This document shows positions 1 to 12,886 of a stretch of 64,000 nt of DNA, in pieces. Made by a program: the position numbers and the translations under genes. Location of the stretch: positions 12,896,001-12,960,000 of the forward strand of contig NC_043017.1 in the NCBI RefSeq assembly GCF_006345805.1. The letters run 5' to 3'. Source of the stretch: Octopus sinensis (lineage: Eukaryota). Position 1 is the stretch's first letter; the number at the start of each line of letters is the position of its first letter. The notes under the pieces are model-generated. The model did no database searches. It was not told the origin of the DNA and saw only the letters and a list, made by a program, of their open reading frames with translations.

Positions 1-379
1 TCATCAGCAATGGGGAGACCAAACATGTGATGTTTCTTAGAGTGAAATGGGTTTAAAAAATGGTCTTACTCAGTCACAAATTGACACACACTTATATACA
101 TTCGTGTACCATGAATGTGTATAAGTCTATACATGTATGTGTGTTTTCTGTCTTTAATTATCTAAATTCTTCCTGTGAAGAAGGAGGTAGTTTCTAACAA
201 TGATACAAAGCCCCTTCGTTAGAATGTAGATAACAAAACCAATGTCACATTTTAAACTTGAGAAAAATTCTTGCATATTTTTACTGTTCCACTTACTGAT
301 TGTATTTGTAATGTGCATATCAGTCGGTTGATTTTTTTTTCGGAAACTCCAAGCTTTTCTAGATTGTCACTTGATGGAT

Positions 380-760
380 GGAAGCACTCCGTCGGTTCCG
401 ACGACGAGGGTTCCGGTTGATCCGATCAATGGAACAGCCTGCTCGTGAAATTAATGTGTAAGTGGCTGAGCACTCCACAGACACGTGTACCCTTAACGTA
501 GTTCTCGGGGATATTCAGCGTGACACAGAGAGTGACAAGGCCGGCCCTTTGAAATACAGGTACAACAGAAACAGGAAGTAAGAGTGAGAGAAAGTTGTGG
601 TGAAAGAGTACAGCAGGGATCACCACCATCCCCTGCCAGAGCCTTGTGGAGCTTTAGGTCTTTTCGCTCAATAAACACTCACAATGCCCGGTCTGGGAAT
701 CGAAACCGCGATCCTACGACCGCGAGTCCGCTGCCCTAACCACTGGGCCATTGCGCCTCC
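380..760 (-). mobile_element. tRNA-Arg-like SINE (family B, probably Octopus OR-type)
   Basis: Head GGAGGCGCAATGGCCCAGTGGTTAGGGCAGCGGACTCGCG..GGTTTCGATTCCC with A and B boxes; about 380 bp; six near-identical copies in the window. Confidence 0.9.
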
Positions 761-949
761 ATGTCAAAGTGTCACTTAGGCATTTACTCACAATACCAAG
801 TGTACCAAATATAAGTGGTATAAATGTAAATTTGTAATCTGGATAGAGAAGCTTAAGGTTTTGAAGCAGTTGTCCAAAGTTATCCTCTTACCCTTCGATT
901 TTGAAAGAGCTATTCACATCAGGACAGTTGAACTCTATGACAGCACATA

Positions 950-1822
950 CGAGGTCTGATCAATAAGTATCCGGACTGTTGCCATAGTAACGAAACTAAA
1001 GCACACAGAGAAAAGCTGCTGGGCAAAGATTGAGCATGAACTCCGCTGTGCGTGTGCACTAAGTTTTAATGTTATAGCTCATTTCTACTGTTTATAGCAG
1101 TGCTTGGAAGGAAGGAGTGTAGCATGTGATCATTGCATTGACCATGACAGAGAAAATTGTCATGCCAATACCTGCTCAGAGGCCAACACAAAGTTGCAGA
1201 AAGTGTATGAAGTGGAGTGTACGAGTGGTTCAGACATTTCCAAGATGGCCAAAAAATGTCGATATTGATAAACATTCTGGGAGACCTGCAACCAGCAGAA
1301 CTGAGAAAAACATCACAGATGTGTGTGAAGCTGGGAGGGGAAATCATCAAATCACCATCCGTGAGTTATCAGAGGATGTGCAGATTAGTTACAGTTCAGT
1401 TCAATTTATTATCACTCAAGATTTGGGTATGAGATGATTGTCTGCCAAGTTTGGACCGAAACTGCTTTCAGCTGACCAAGAAGACACTCGGGTTTCAGTT
1501 GCACAAGATCACCTTGATTGTGTCAAGAACAATGAAAACTTTTTGAAAATTTTGTGTAGACCGCTGAGCAGGTATCACCTAGCTTTTAGCAAAATTTGCT
1601 ACACATTCCTGCTCAACTTTCTCTGCCATGACCAATGCGACATCACATGCTACACATCTTCCTTCCAAGCACTGCTGTAAAGATCAGAAGTGAGCTAGAA
1701 TGCTAAAACTTGGTGTACATGCACAGAAGAATTTAAGGTCAACCTGTACCAAGAGGCTTCACTTTGCATGCTTTAGCTTCATTACTATGGCAACAGTCCG
1801 GATACTTTTTGATCAGACCACG
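950..1822 (+). mobile_element. Defective mariner element (fold-back derivative)
   Basis: TA followed by TIR CGAGGTCTGATCAATAAGTATCCGGACTGTTGCCATAGTAA, mirrored at about 1782-1822. Decayed transposase HTH region (SGRPATSRTEKNI..TIRELSEDVQISYSSVQFIITQDLGMR/LSAKFGPKLL); no DDD domain. Confidence 0.9.
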
Positions 1823-2161
1823 TCCTTTTTCCTTGTCTGTCCCAAATAATATCCAGCTTGTTATGTTTAAACTTAAAAAATATTTTCCATGTGCTGATAT
1901 TTGTGTGCATATTTAATAACAGGGGGATTCTCTATATTTATTCCAGGACAGTTTTTTTTTTTCCGGATGGCATTATTGTGTTAGCGACAAAGTTGTGTCA
2001 CATAGGGAGGTAGTACCTTGATGACATTTTTGGGCAATTGCTAATCACATGTGTAATGTCTGTCTGCCTGGGTGTATGTATGTATATATAATGCCTGTAT
2101 GTACAATATATGTGTGCCTGTATGTATGTACATAATTGTGTGTGATGTAAGCATGTGATGC

Positions 2162-2202
<41 letters not shown>

Positions 2203-2207
2203 CACAC

Positions 2208-2278
<71 letters not shown>

Positions 2279-2787
2279 TTGTATATATATTTGTGTGTAT
2301 ACGTATGTATGTATGTGTGTGTGTGCATGTGTTTATGTGAATATATTATATATACACACACTCACATATTATATGTGTATGTGTGTATATTTTATATATA
2401 CATACGCACACAGTAGCTATGTAATCTGAATCTGTGATCTGGGTGTTACAGTTGAGTCAGCTAACATCAATTTAACACAATTTGTTAAATATTTGACCCC
2501 CCTTCCCCCACCCTGGGACCTCCCTCAACAAAATCTTTTGTTGAAGTTGATGCTGCTGTTGTGTGTGTTATGTGTGTATATGTGTGTGTGTGTGTATGTG
2601 TTTGTATGTGGAAGTAGAGTCATTATGTACATGCAGTTGTCTGTATATGTGTGTGCGGTATTTATTCTGTGAGTATAAAAGTATGTGTGTGTATGTGTGT
2701 GCGCGTGTGTGTGTGTGTTTCTTTGAGTGTATACATATGAGTGTGTTTGTATATGTGTGCGATTTTATGAGTGTATGTGAATGTATA

Positions 2788-3914
2788 GGCGCAGGAGTGG
2801 CTGTGTGGTAAGTAGCTTGCTTACCAACCACACTGTTCCGGGTTCAGTCCCACTGCGTGGCAACTTGGGCAAGTGTCTTCTGCTATAGCCCCGGGCCGAC
2901 CAATGCCTTGTGAGTGGATTTGGTAGACAGAAACTGAAAGAAGCCTGTCGTATATATGTATATATATATATGTGTGTGTGTGTATATGTTTGTGTGTCTG
3001 TGTTTGTCCCCCTAGCATTGCTTGACAACCGATGCTGGGGTGTTTACGTCCCCGTCACTTAGCGGTTCGGCAAAAGAGACCGATAGAATAAGTACTGGGC
3101 TTACAAAAGAATAAGTCCCGGGGTCGATTTGCTCGACTAAAGGCGGTGCTCCAGCATGGCCGCAGTCAAATGACTGAAACAAGTAAAAGAGTAAAAAAGT
3201 AAAGAGTATGTTTCTTTGAGTGTATATAAGTGTATGTGTGATTGTATATGTGTGTGCTTGTGTTTGTATGGGTAAGAAATGTCACTATGAAATATGTGGG
3301 TGTCTGTATGTATGTGGTGGGGATGTTTGTTAGTGTTTGTATGTGTGTGTGTGTGTGTATTTGTGTTTATGTTCAAATGCATGTATGTATTTATATACTT
3401 GTGTGTGTGTGTGAGTGTGTTTGAATTTTCTTTTCCACAAATTACATGTTTCATTTCTCGTTAATATATGCATCATCCTGATAAGAAAAACAACAACAAA
3501 AATAGCAACAATAACAGGAGTGGCTGTGTGGTAAGTAGCTTGCTTACCAACCACATGGTTCCGGGTTCAGTCCCACTGCGTGACACCTTGGGCAAGTGTC
3601 TTCTACTATAGCCTCGAGCTAACCAAACCCTTGTGAGTGAATTTGGTAGACGGAAACTGAAAGAGGCCCGCCATATATATGTATATATATATACATGTAT
3701 GTGTGTGTATAAGTTTGTGTGTCTGTGTTTGTCCCCCCCCAACATCGCTTGACAACCAATGCTGGTGTCTTTATATCCCCGTAACTTAGTGGGTCGGCAA
3801 AATAGACCGATAGAATAAGTACTAGGCTTACAAAGAATAAGAAGTGGGGCCAATTTGCTCGACTAAAGGCGGTGCTCCAGCATGGCTACAGTCAAATGAC
3901 TGAAGCAAGTAAAA
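2788..3914 (+). mobile_element. Two copies (2788-3208, 3515-3914) of tRNA-derived SINE family A (about 400 bp, internal (TA)n(TG)n, (AAAAGAGT)n tail)
   Basis: Head GGCGCAGGAGTGGCTGTGTGG..GGTTCAGTCCC with A and B boxes; the most abundant family, roughly 30 whole or partial copies in the window. Confidence 0.9.
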
Positions 3915-4206
3915 GCATAGCAACAATATCAAAAACAATTAGAACAACAAAAACAACGAAGATGGCTTCTGGTCAACCCCCAACCCTTCATTATATTATA
4001 ACAGGGTGTTCAGACTAAATTTGACAGTCTGCATAAAAGGAAAAGAAAAGACAATATCCTGTCCAAAAATAAATGTATTTTAAAAATCAAAAAATATCAG
4101 CTAGACTATGACGGGAAGATAAGTTTACTCAAAGTAGCTGCCCTCAGATTTCATTGGTTTTGAATTGTCATTGATGCTTCTGTAACTTTGGTTTTTATGC
4201 ATGTAA

Positions 4207-6457
4207 GTGGCACATAAAAAGCACCTTTCAAGTGTTGGGTCTCATGGAGGTAATGTGGCCAATTCTGGTGTTGTGTAATTAGCAACCGTGCAGGTGGAAC
4301 ATAAAAAGCACCTTTCAAGCATTGGGCCTCATGGAGTAATGTGGCCAATGCTGGTGTTGTGTAACTAGCAACCGTGCAGGTGGAACATAAAAAGCACCTT
4401 TTGAGTGTTGGGTCTCATGGAGGTAATGTGGCCAATTCTGGTGCTGTGTAACTAGCAACCGTGCAGGTGGAACATAAAAAGCACCTTTCAAGTGTTGGGC
4501 CTCATGGAGATAATGTGGCCAATGCTGGTGCTGTGTAACTAGCAACCGTGCAGGTGGAACATAAAAAGCACCTTTCAGTGTTGGGCCTCATGGAGGTAAT
4601 GTGGCCAATGCTGGTGCTGTGTAACTAGCAACCGTGCAGGTGGAACATAAAAAGCACCTTTTGAGTGTTGGGTCTCATGGAGGTAATGTGGCCAATTCTG
4701 GTGCTGTGTAACTAGCAACCGTGCAGGTGGAACATAAAAAGCACCTTTCAAGCATTGGGCCTCATGGAGGTAATGTGGCCAATGCTGGTGCTGTGTAACT
4801 AGCAACCGTGCAGGTGGAACATAAAAACCACCTTTTGAGTGTTGGGTCTCATGGAGGTAATGTGGCCAATTCTGGTGCTGTGTAACTAGCAACCGTGCAG
4901 GTGGAACATAAAAAGCACCTTTCAAGCATTGGGCCTCATGGAGGTAATGTGGCCAATGCTGGTGCTGTGTAACTAGCAACCGTGCAGGTGGAACATAAAA
5001 AGCACCTTTCAAGCATTGGGCCTCATGGAGGGAATGTGGCCAATTCTGGTGCTGTGTAACTAGCAACCGTGCAGGTGGCACATAAAAAGCACCTTTTGAG
5101 TGTTGGGTCTCGTGGAGGTAATGTGGCCAATTCTGGGGCTGTGTAACTACCAACCGTGCAGGTGGAACATAAAAAGCACCTTTTGAGTGTTGGGTCTCGT
5201 GGAGGTAATGTGGCCAATTCTGGTGCTGTGTAACTAGCAACCATGCAGGTGGAACATAAAAAGCACCTTTTGAGTGTTGGGTCTCGTGGAGGTAATGTGG
5301 CCAATTCTGGTGTTGTGTAACTAGCAACCGTGCAGGTGGACATAAAAAGCACCTTTTGAGTGTTGGTCTCGTGGAGGTAATGTGGCCAATTCTGGTGTTG
5401 TGTAACTAGCAACCATGCAGGTGGAACATAAAAAGCACCTTTTGAGTGTTGGGTCTCGTGGAGGTAATGTGGCCATTCTGGTGCTGTGTAACTAGCAACC
5501 GTGCAGGTGGAACATAAAAAGCACCTTTTGAGTGTTGGGTCTCGTGGAGGTAATGTGGCCAATTCTGGTGTTGTGTAACTAGCAACCATGCAGGTGGAAC
5601 ATAAAAAGCACCTTTTGAGTGTGGGTCTCGTGGAGGTAATGTGGCCAATTCTGGTGCTGTGTAACTAGCAACCATGCAGGTGGAACATAAAAAGCACTTT
5701 TGAGTGTTGGGTCTCGTGGAGGTAATGTGGCCAATTCTGGTGTTGTGTAACTAGCAACCATGCAGGTGGAACATAAAAAGCACCTTTTGAGTGTTGGGTC
5801 TCGTGGAGGTAATGTGGCCAATTCTGGTGCTGTGTAACTAGCAACCATGCAGGTGGAACATAAAAAGCACCTTTTGAGTGTTGGGTCTCGTGGAGGTAAT
5901 GTGGCCAATTCTGGTGTTGTGTAACTAGCAACCATGCAGGTGGAACATAAAAAGCACCTTTTGAGTGTTGGGTCTCGTGGAGGTAATGTGGCCAATTCTG
6001 GTGTTGTGTAACTAGCAACCATGCAGGTGGAACATAAAAAGCACCTTTTGAGTGTTGGGTCTCGTGGAGGTAATGTGGCCAATTCTGGTGCTGTGTAACT
6101 AGCAACCATGCAGGTGGAACATAAAAAGCACCTTTTGAGTGTTGGGTCTCGTGGAGGTAATGTGGCCAATTCTGGTGTTGTGTAACTAGCAACCATGCAG
6201 GTGAACATAAAAAGCACCTTTTGAGTGTTGGGTCTCGTGGAGGTAATGTGGCCAATTCTGGTGCTGTGTAACTAGCAACCATGCAGGTGGAACATAAAAA
6301 GCACCTTTTGAGTGTTGGGTCTCGTGGAGGTAATGTGGCCAATTCTGGTGCTGTGTAACTAGCAACCATGCAGGTGGAACATAAAAAGCACCTTTTGAGT
6401 GTTGGGTCTCGTGGAGGTAATGTGGCCAATTCTGGTGCTGTGTAACTAGCAACCGTG
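4207..6457. repeat. 87-bp minisatellite, about 26 units
   Basis: Unit GTGGAACATAAAAAGCACCTTTTGAGTGTTGGGTCTCGTGGAGGTAATGTGGCCAATTCTGGTGCTGTGTAACTAGCAACCATGCAG; unit starts at 4207, 4294, 4380, 4467, 4554 and onward. Confidence 0.97.
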
Positions 6458-6753
6458 CCATTATAATCTGGCACCAGTGTCATCACAGGAGTTGCTACAA
6501 CGAGGTTACAGACAGCATTAAAAACTTATGAAATTAGCAAAGAAACTGTAACAATCATTAATGATGTGAACAATCATTGATCTCTGTCACAAATTAGGGT
6601 GTCTCCATTGTTAATGTGACCTTTGACCTAATGTTACTGAGGTCATAAGTTCAAACTACTAAAAGTGAATCTGCATCATCAGTGATTTTTAGACAAACTA
6701 CCAAACGATGTTTCTTTCACTATATTTCTATCCATCAACCTTTGCCTATATAT

Positions 6754-6796
<43 letters not shown>

Positions 6797-6801
<5 letters not shown>

Positions 6802-7045
6802 ACATAAAAAGCACCATCCGTTTGTGGCCGTTTGCCAGCTCCGTCTGGCACCTGTGCGGGTGGCACGTAAAAAGCAACCACTACACTCACGGAGTGGTTG
6901 GCGTTGGGAAGGGCATCCAGCCGTAGAAACATTGCCAGATTTGACTGGGACTGATGAAGCCTTCTGGCTTCACAGACTCCAGTAGAACCGTCCAACCCAT
7001 GCTAGCATGGAAAGCGGACGCTAAACGATGATGATGATGATGATG

Positions 7046-7084
<39 letters not shown>

Positions 7085-7637
7085 TAGATACATACATACT
7101 TCCTTTTAACTCCCGTCTGAAGGTACAGCTTATTTCTTGGCTACTTAAAGTACAATATATATTGTTTATGGATTTGGTTTGCAAGATTCTTTATGTGAGT
7201 TTGTGTGTTGGCACAGATTCTGTTGTGTCTGGGGAGAGCCATCCTCTTTTTGTGCCTTATAATTTAACACACTCACCGGTAAAATTTCCACTTATTTCTT
7301 ATTTTTATTTTCCTATAAAAATAAGAAATAAGTGGAAATTTTGCTGGTAATGTGTTATTATAAGGCACAAAAAGAAAATGACTCTCCCTGGTAGCACGTA
7401 AAAAGCATCAACCGATCATGGGCGCTGACAGCCTTGCCTGGCACCTGTGCCGGTGGTACGTAAAAAGCACCCACTACACTCATGGAGTGGTTGGCGTTAG
7501 GAAGGGCATCCAGCTGTAGAAACACTACCAGATCAGACTGGAGCCTGTTACAGCCTCCTGGCTTCCTAGATCCCCGGTCGAACCGTCCAACCCATGCTAG
7601 CATGGAAAACGGGCGTTAAACGATGATGATGATGATA
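6797..7637 (+). mobile_element. Two RTE 3'-end fragments (6797-7046, 7375-7637)
   Basis: Same 3' UTR motif and (GAT)n tails. Similar fragments at 13460-14000, 23810-24135, 28770-29000, 33296-33630, 38128-38505 and 47905-48430. Confidence 0.85.
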
Positions 7638-7645
7638 TGTAAGTA

Positions 7646-7655
7646 AATAGATAGA

Positions 7656-7698
<43 letters not shown>

Positions 7699-7712
7699 GC
7701 AGACAGACAGAC

Positions 7713-7747
<35 letters not shown>

Positions 7748-7749
7748 CA
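7646..7749. repeat. (TAGA)n(CAGA)n(TAGA)n microsatellite
   Basis: Read directly from the sequence. Confidence 0.95.
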
Positions 7750-8329
7750 TAAAACTAACAAATGTTTCTCTGATTAGCTTTCTTTTTAAAACTATGTATG
7801 TATCTCACTCCCTCTCTCTCTTTTTTCTCCCCATCTCCCTGCCTCCCTCTCCCTCTCTTTTTTTTCTCCATCTGTCTGTCTGTCTGTCTGTCGGTCTAAC
7901 ACTGCCACTTCATTAATACAACATTTCCAAAAATTATCAATATTCAATATTTTAATACAACAAAAATAAATAAATAAATAAATAAAATCCTTGAATCTTT
8001 TCAAGTTCTTTGTCTTGATTTCATATTATTCATTTTCATTTCTTTTTTTCCCTCTCTCTTGGCAGCAACAATGGTTGAGGGGTTGTTAGTAGTCTTCTTT
8101 ATGTATTCAAGCAAATGCATATATTTTTGTTTCTTTTCTATAATATCAAAATGAAAGACTTTGCACCATTCAAGGTGAACGTTATAGTTTAAATCTAAAA
8201 TGTAAAACATTTGTGGGACAGATTCCATCAGGAACCACTGTTAATTCAATAAGACCAATAAAACATCAAATATTCTGAGAGACCTTGTTTGTCTTTACAT
8301 TGTTCTCTCTCCCTATATATATATATATG

Positions 8330-8377
<48 letters not shown>

Positions 8378-8405
8378 TACATATATGTGTGTATATATAT
8401 ATATG

Positions 8406-8454
<49 letters not shown>

Positions 8455-9016
8455 GTATGCATGTATGTATATGTGTATATATGCACCTATCTACCTCTCT
8501 CTCCATCCATCTATCTACCTACTTGTCTTTATCTCTCTATCTCTGTCTACTTCCTTAATTATTGATCAACCAACCTCTCTATTTGGCTATCAACCTATTT
8601 ATCTATCCATCTCTCTTTCTGTCTATCTATCTATCCTCCTATCTATCTATCTATCAATCTATCCATCTCCCTGTCTGTCTTTCTATCTATCTATCTCTTT
8701 CCATATGTTCATACATACCTCAATCAATAGATAAAAAAAACCATTGATAGGCAAGGAGAGAAAAACAAATAAATTCTTTAGAAAGATCAATAAAATTAAG
8801 ATTTATAACAACAGCAACAACAACAACAACAAGATACAATGGAGAATGAACTTAGCAGACTTTCAGTTCTTTATTGACCATTATTATTGTCCATGCAATG
8901 TCTCCACATCAATTACCTTTGTTGCAAATAAAGAAACCATCAGCACCACCACCACCACCACCACCACCATTGTCATCATCATCATCATCGTCATCATCAT
9001 CATCATCTATTTTTTA

Positions 9017-11320
9017 GGTGGTGACCTGACAGAATTGTTAGCACTTTACTAACTCATTATGTTCTGTGTTCAAATTTCACCAAGGTCAACTTTGCCTTTT
9101 ATCTTTCCAGGGTCAATAAAACAAGTATTGGTCGAGCGTTAAGGTTCACATAATTGAAAAACCCCATCTCTTCCAAAATTTCAGGCCTTGTGTCCATTGT
9201 AGAAAGGTTTATTATTAAGATGGCTTGCTGGCAGAAGCATTAAGCATGCCAGACAAAATGCTAAGTGAGAATTTTTCTGGTTTTATGTTCTGAGTTTGAA
9301 TTCTGTCATGATGAACTTTGCCTGTCATCCTTTTGAGGTCAATAAAATAAGTACCAGTTGAACACTTGGGTCCATGTAATTGACTTACCCCGCCCCTAAA
9401 CTTGCTGGTATTGTGCCAAAATTAGAAACAATTATTATTTTTAAGGTGATGAACTGGCAGAATTGTTATTGAGTTCTTTTCATTCTGAGTTCAAATTCCA
9501 CTGAGATCAACTTTGCCAGGCATACCTTCAAGGGCAATGAAGTAAGTGCCAGGTGGCAAGCTGGCAGAAACGTTAGCACACCGGGCGAAATGCATTGCTG
9601 TATTTCGTCTGTCGTTATGTTCCGAGTTCAAATTCCGCCGAGGTCGACTTTGCCTTTCATCCTTTCGGGGTCGATAAATTAAGTACCAGTTACGCACTGG
9701 GGTCGATGTAATCAACTTAATCTATTTGTCTGTCCTTGTTTGTCCCATCTGTGTTTAGCCCCTTGTGGGTAGTAAAGAAATAGAAGTAAGTACCAGTTGA
9801 CTACTGGGTCAGTGTTATCAATGTACTCACTTCTCCAAAATTTTAGGCCTTGTGCCATTAGTAGAAAGGATTATTATAATTATAATTATTATTATTGAGT
9901 GAGAGTCATATAAACCAATCCAAAACACGCTATGGAAGGTGGCAAGTTAGTAGAATAGTTAGCATGATGGGAAAAATGCTTAGCGGCATTTTGTCCATCT
10001 TCACATTGTGAGTCCAAATTCTGCCGAGGTCAACTTTGCCTTTCATCTTCTCAGTGTCATTAAAATAAGAACCAGTTGAGTATCCGGGTCGATATGATTG
10101 ATTTACCCCCTCCCGCTAAATTGCTGGCCTTGAGCCAAAATTTGAAATCATCATTAGGAAGGCGATAAGCTGACAGGATAGTTAGCACACCGGAGAAAAT
10201 GCATAACAGCATTTCATTTATCTATAAGTCCCGAGTTCAAATTCCACCAAGGCTGACTTTGCCTTTCATCCTTTTGGGTCAGTTGAGCAGTGTCGATGTA
10301 ATCAAGTAGCCCTCTTCCCTCAAAATTTCAGGCCTCGTGCTTATAGTAGAAAGCATTATTATTATTATTATTATTATTATTATGGTAGCACGCTGGCAGA
10401 ATTATCAGCACACCAGAAAAATGCTCAGTGCATTTCATCCATTTATATGTTCTGAGTTCAAATTCTACCAAGGTCGACTTTCCCTTTCAGGGTTGATAAA
10501 TTAAGCACCAGGATCAATGTAGTCAACTTAACCCCTCCCTTAAAATTTCAGGCCCTGAGCCTACAGCAGAAAGGATTATTATTATTATTATTATTATTAT
10601 TATCATTATTATTAAGGTGACCAGCTGCTAGAATTGATAAAACATTATTTTCCTGGGCTCTTTACATTCTGAGTTCAAATCTTTCTCAGATCAACTTTGC
10701 TTTTCTTCCTTTCAGGGCAGATAAAACAAACCACCAATCAAGTACTAGGGCTGATGGTACTGACTTAGCCCCTCCCCTCAAAACATCTGGTCATGTGCCT
10801 ATGTTAAAAAACCATTAAAAGGGAAGTGGATTAGCAAAATCATTAAAGTACTGGAAAACTACTTTGCAGTATTTCTTCTGACATTTTACATTCTGCTTTC
10901 AAATCCAGTAAAGGTCAACTTTGCCATTCATCCTTTTGAGGTCAATAAAATAAAGTACCAATCAAGTATTGGGGTTAATGTAATCAACTAACCCCTACCC
11001 ATTTAACCCTTTAGCATTTAAACCGGCCGTATCCGGCCAAAAGTATTCTGCCTGTTTTATGTTCAAACTGGCCAGATCTGGTCTCTCACACCAACCCTAC
11101 AATATCGTTTTAAAAATTAACAGCTACCTCATCAAAATCTCATAGCTACAAGATAATGCATGGTTAGTTCAAAACAATATGGATAAAAAAGGATTAATTT
11201 TGGCAGAATAATGCGAACACTAAAGGGTTAAATTACTAGCCTTGTACTAAAATCTTAAAGAATTATTACTGTAGGACAATGAGCTGGCAGAATTGTTAGC
11301 TCATCAAAAAAAATAGTTCT
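9017..11320 (+). mobile_element. Head-to-tail train of about 10 copies of tRNA-derived SINE family D
   Basis: Heads GGYGGYGAGCTGGCAGAA..GAGTTCAAATTCC at 9017, 9219, 9445, 9552, 9938, 10161, 10384, 10616, 10821 and 11274. Central GCCTTTCATCCTTTCGGGGTCGATAAA..AAGTACCAG resembles the recalled MetaSINE domain; (ATT)n tails. Confidence 0.85.
11007..11227 (+). mobile_element. piggyBac-type MITE family P1 (221 bp)
   Basis: TTAA|CCCTTTAG...CTAAAGGG|TTAA. Other copies at 21089-21302, 31921-32138 (reversed) and about 43650-44097. Confidence 0.85.
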
Positions 11321-11340
11321 GCTTCTCCGTAACACACATA

Positions 11341-11379
<39 letters not shown>

Positions 11380-11515
11380 TTTTCTATGTGTAGGTGTGCA
11401 GTTGCTCATTATTTATTATTAGAGTATAGGGTGGGATGATTGACATAAATACACAATAGCTGATTTTGAGGAGTAACAATATCAGTTTTCACTGTATCAG
11501 GAACACGTACATATA

Positions 11516-11740
11516 TCTATTTCTTTACTGCCCACAAGGGGCTACACACAGAGGGGACAAACAAACGGAGTAAGTCAATTATATCGACCCCAGTGCGTAA
11601 CTGGTACTTATTTAATCGACCCCGAAAGGATGAAAGGCAAAGTCAACCTCAGCGGAATTTGAACTCAGAACGTAACGGCAGACGAAATACCGGTAAGCAT
11701 TTTGCTCAGCGTGCTAACGTTTCTGCCAGCTCGCCACCTT
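11516..11740 (-). mobile_element. SINE family D (young D1 subtype)
   Basis: Full-length consensus match. Confidence 0.85.
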
Positions 11741-11763
11741 ACATATATACATATATCATCATC

Positions 11764-12172
11764 TGTGTATAAGTAGCTTGTTTACCAACCACATGGTTCT
11801 GGGTTCAGTCCCACTGCATAGCACCTTGGGCAAGTGTCTTCTACTATAGCCTCGGGCCGACCAAAGCCTTGCGAGTGGATATGGTAGATGGAAACTGAAA
11901 GAAGCCTGTCGTATATATATATATATATATATATATGCGTGTGTGTGTTTGTGTGTCTGAGTTTGTCTCCTTAGCATTGCTTGACAACCGATGCTGGTGT
12001 GTTTATGTCCCCGTTACTTAGCGGTTCGGCAAAAGAGACCGATTGAATAAGTACTGGGCTTACAAAAGAATAAGTCCCGGGGTCGAGTTGCTCGATTAAA
12101 GGCGGTGCTCCAGCATGGCCGCAGTCAAATGACTGAAACAAGTAAAAGAGTAAAAAAAAAGAGTAAAAGAGT
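11764..12172 (+). mobile_element. SINE family A copy
   Basis: Matches the family consensus. Confidence 0.85.
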
Positions 12173-12504
12173 ATCATATATGTATGTAATACATACATAT
12201 ATCATCATCGTCATCATAACATCTATTTTACCCTGCATGCATGGGCCAGACAAGAGTAAGCTGAGGTAGTTTTCTTCAGATAGAGGCTCTCCTTGTCACC
12301 AGAACAGTAATCCAATTAATTCTACACAAACACACACACACACGCATGCATGCCTAAAGAATGGCAGTCAAGAGGACTATTTAGTCCTGGACATAAGCTC
12401 TAGCACTGGCACCACATTGAAATATTTCCCACTCCTGTAAAATGATAGATGTAACAGCCAAAATGGAAACTTAAGAACAAGATGTGACTGCCTGACCCAC
12501 TTGT

Positions 12505-12886
12505 GGAAGCACTCCGTCGGTTACGACGATGGGGGTTCCGGTTGATCCGATCAACGGAACAGCCTGCTCGTGAAATTAACTTGTAAGTGGCTGAGCACTC
12601 CACAGACACGCGTACCCTTAACGTAGTTCTCGGGGATATTCAGCGTGACACAGAGAGTGACAAGGCCGGCCCCTTGAAATACAGGTACAACAGAAACAGG
12701 AAGTAAGAGTGAGAGAAAGTTGTGGTGAAAGAGTACAGCAGGGATCACCACCATCCCCTGCCGGAGCCTCGTGGAGCTTTTAGGTGTTTTCGCTCAATAA
12801 ACACTCACAACGCCCGATCTGGGAATCGAAACCGCGATCCTACGACCGCGAGTCCGCTGCCCTAACCACTGGGCCATTGCGCTTCC
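12505..12886 (-). mobile_element. SINE family B copy flanked by a 112-bp direct repeat
   Basis: Full-length copy; flanks 12391-12502 and 12889-13000 match. Confidence 0.92.

Noticed and set aside
380-760. tRNA-like heads of SINE families A, B, D, E and F as tRNA genes
   Set aside because: They have A/B boxes but no complete cloverleaf or acceptor stem, and they continue into repeat bodies present in many copies.
4151-6486. Long ORFs (up to 273 aa) in the 87-bp array, and a CRISPR-like appearance
   Set aside because: The frames stay open only because the unit is 29 codons, and they switch at 1-bp indels. There are no unique spacers or cas genes, and the DNA is eukaryotic.
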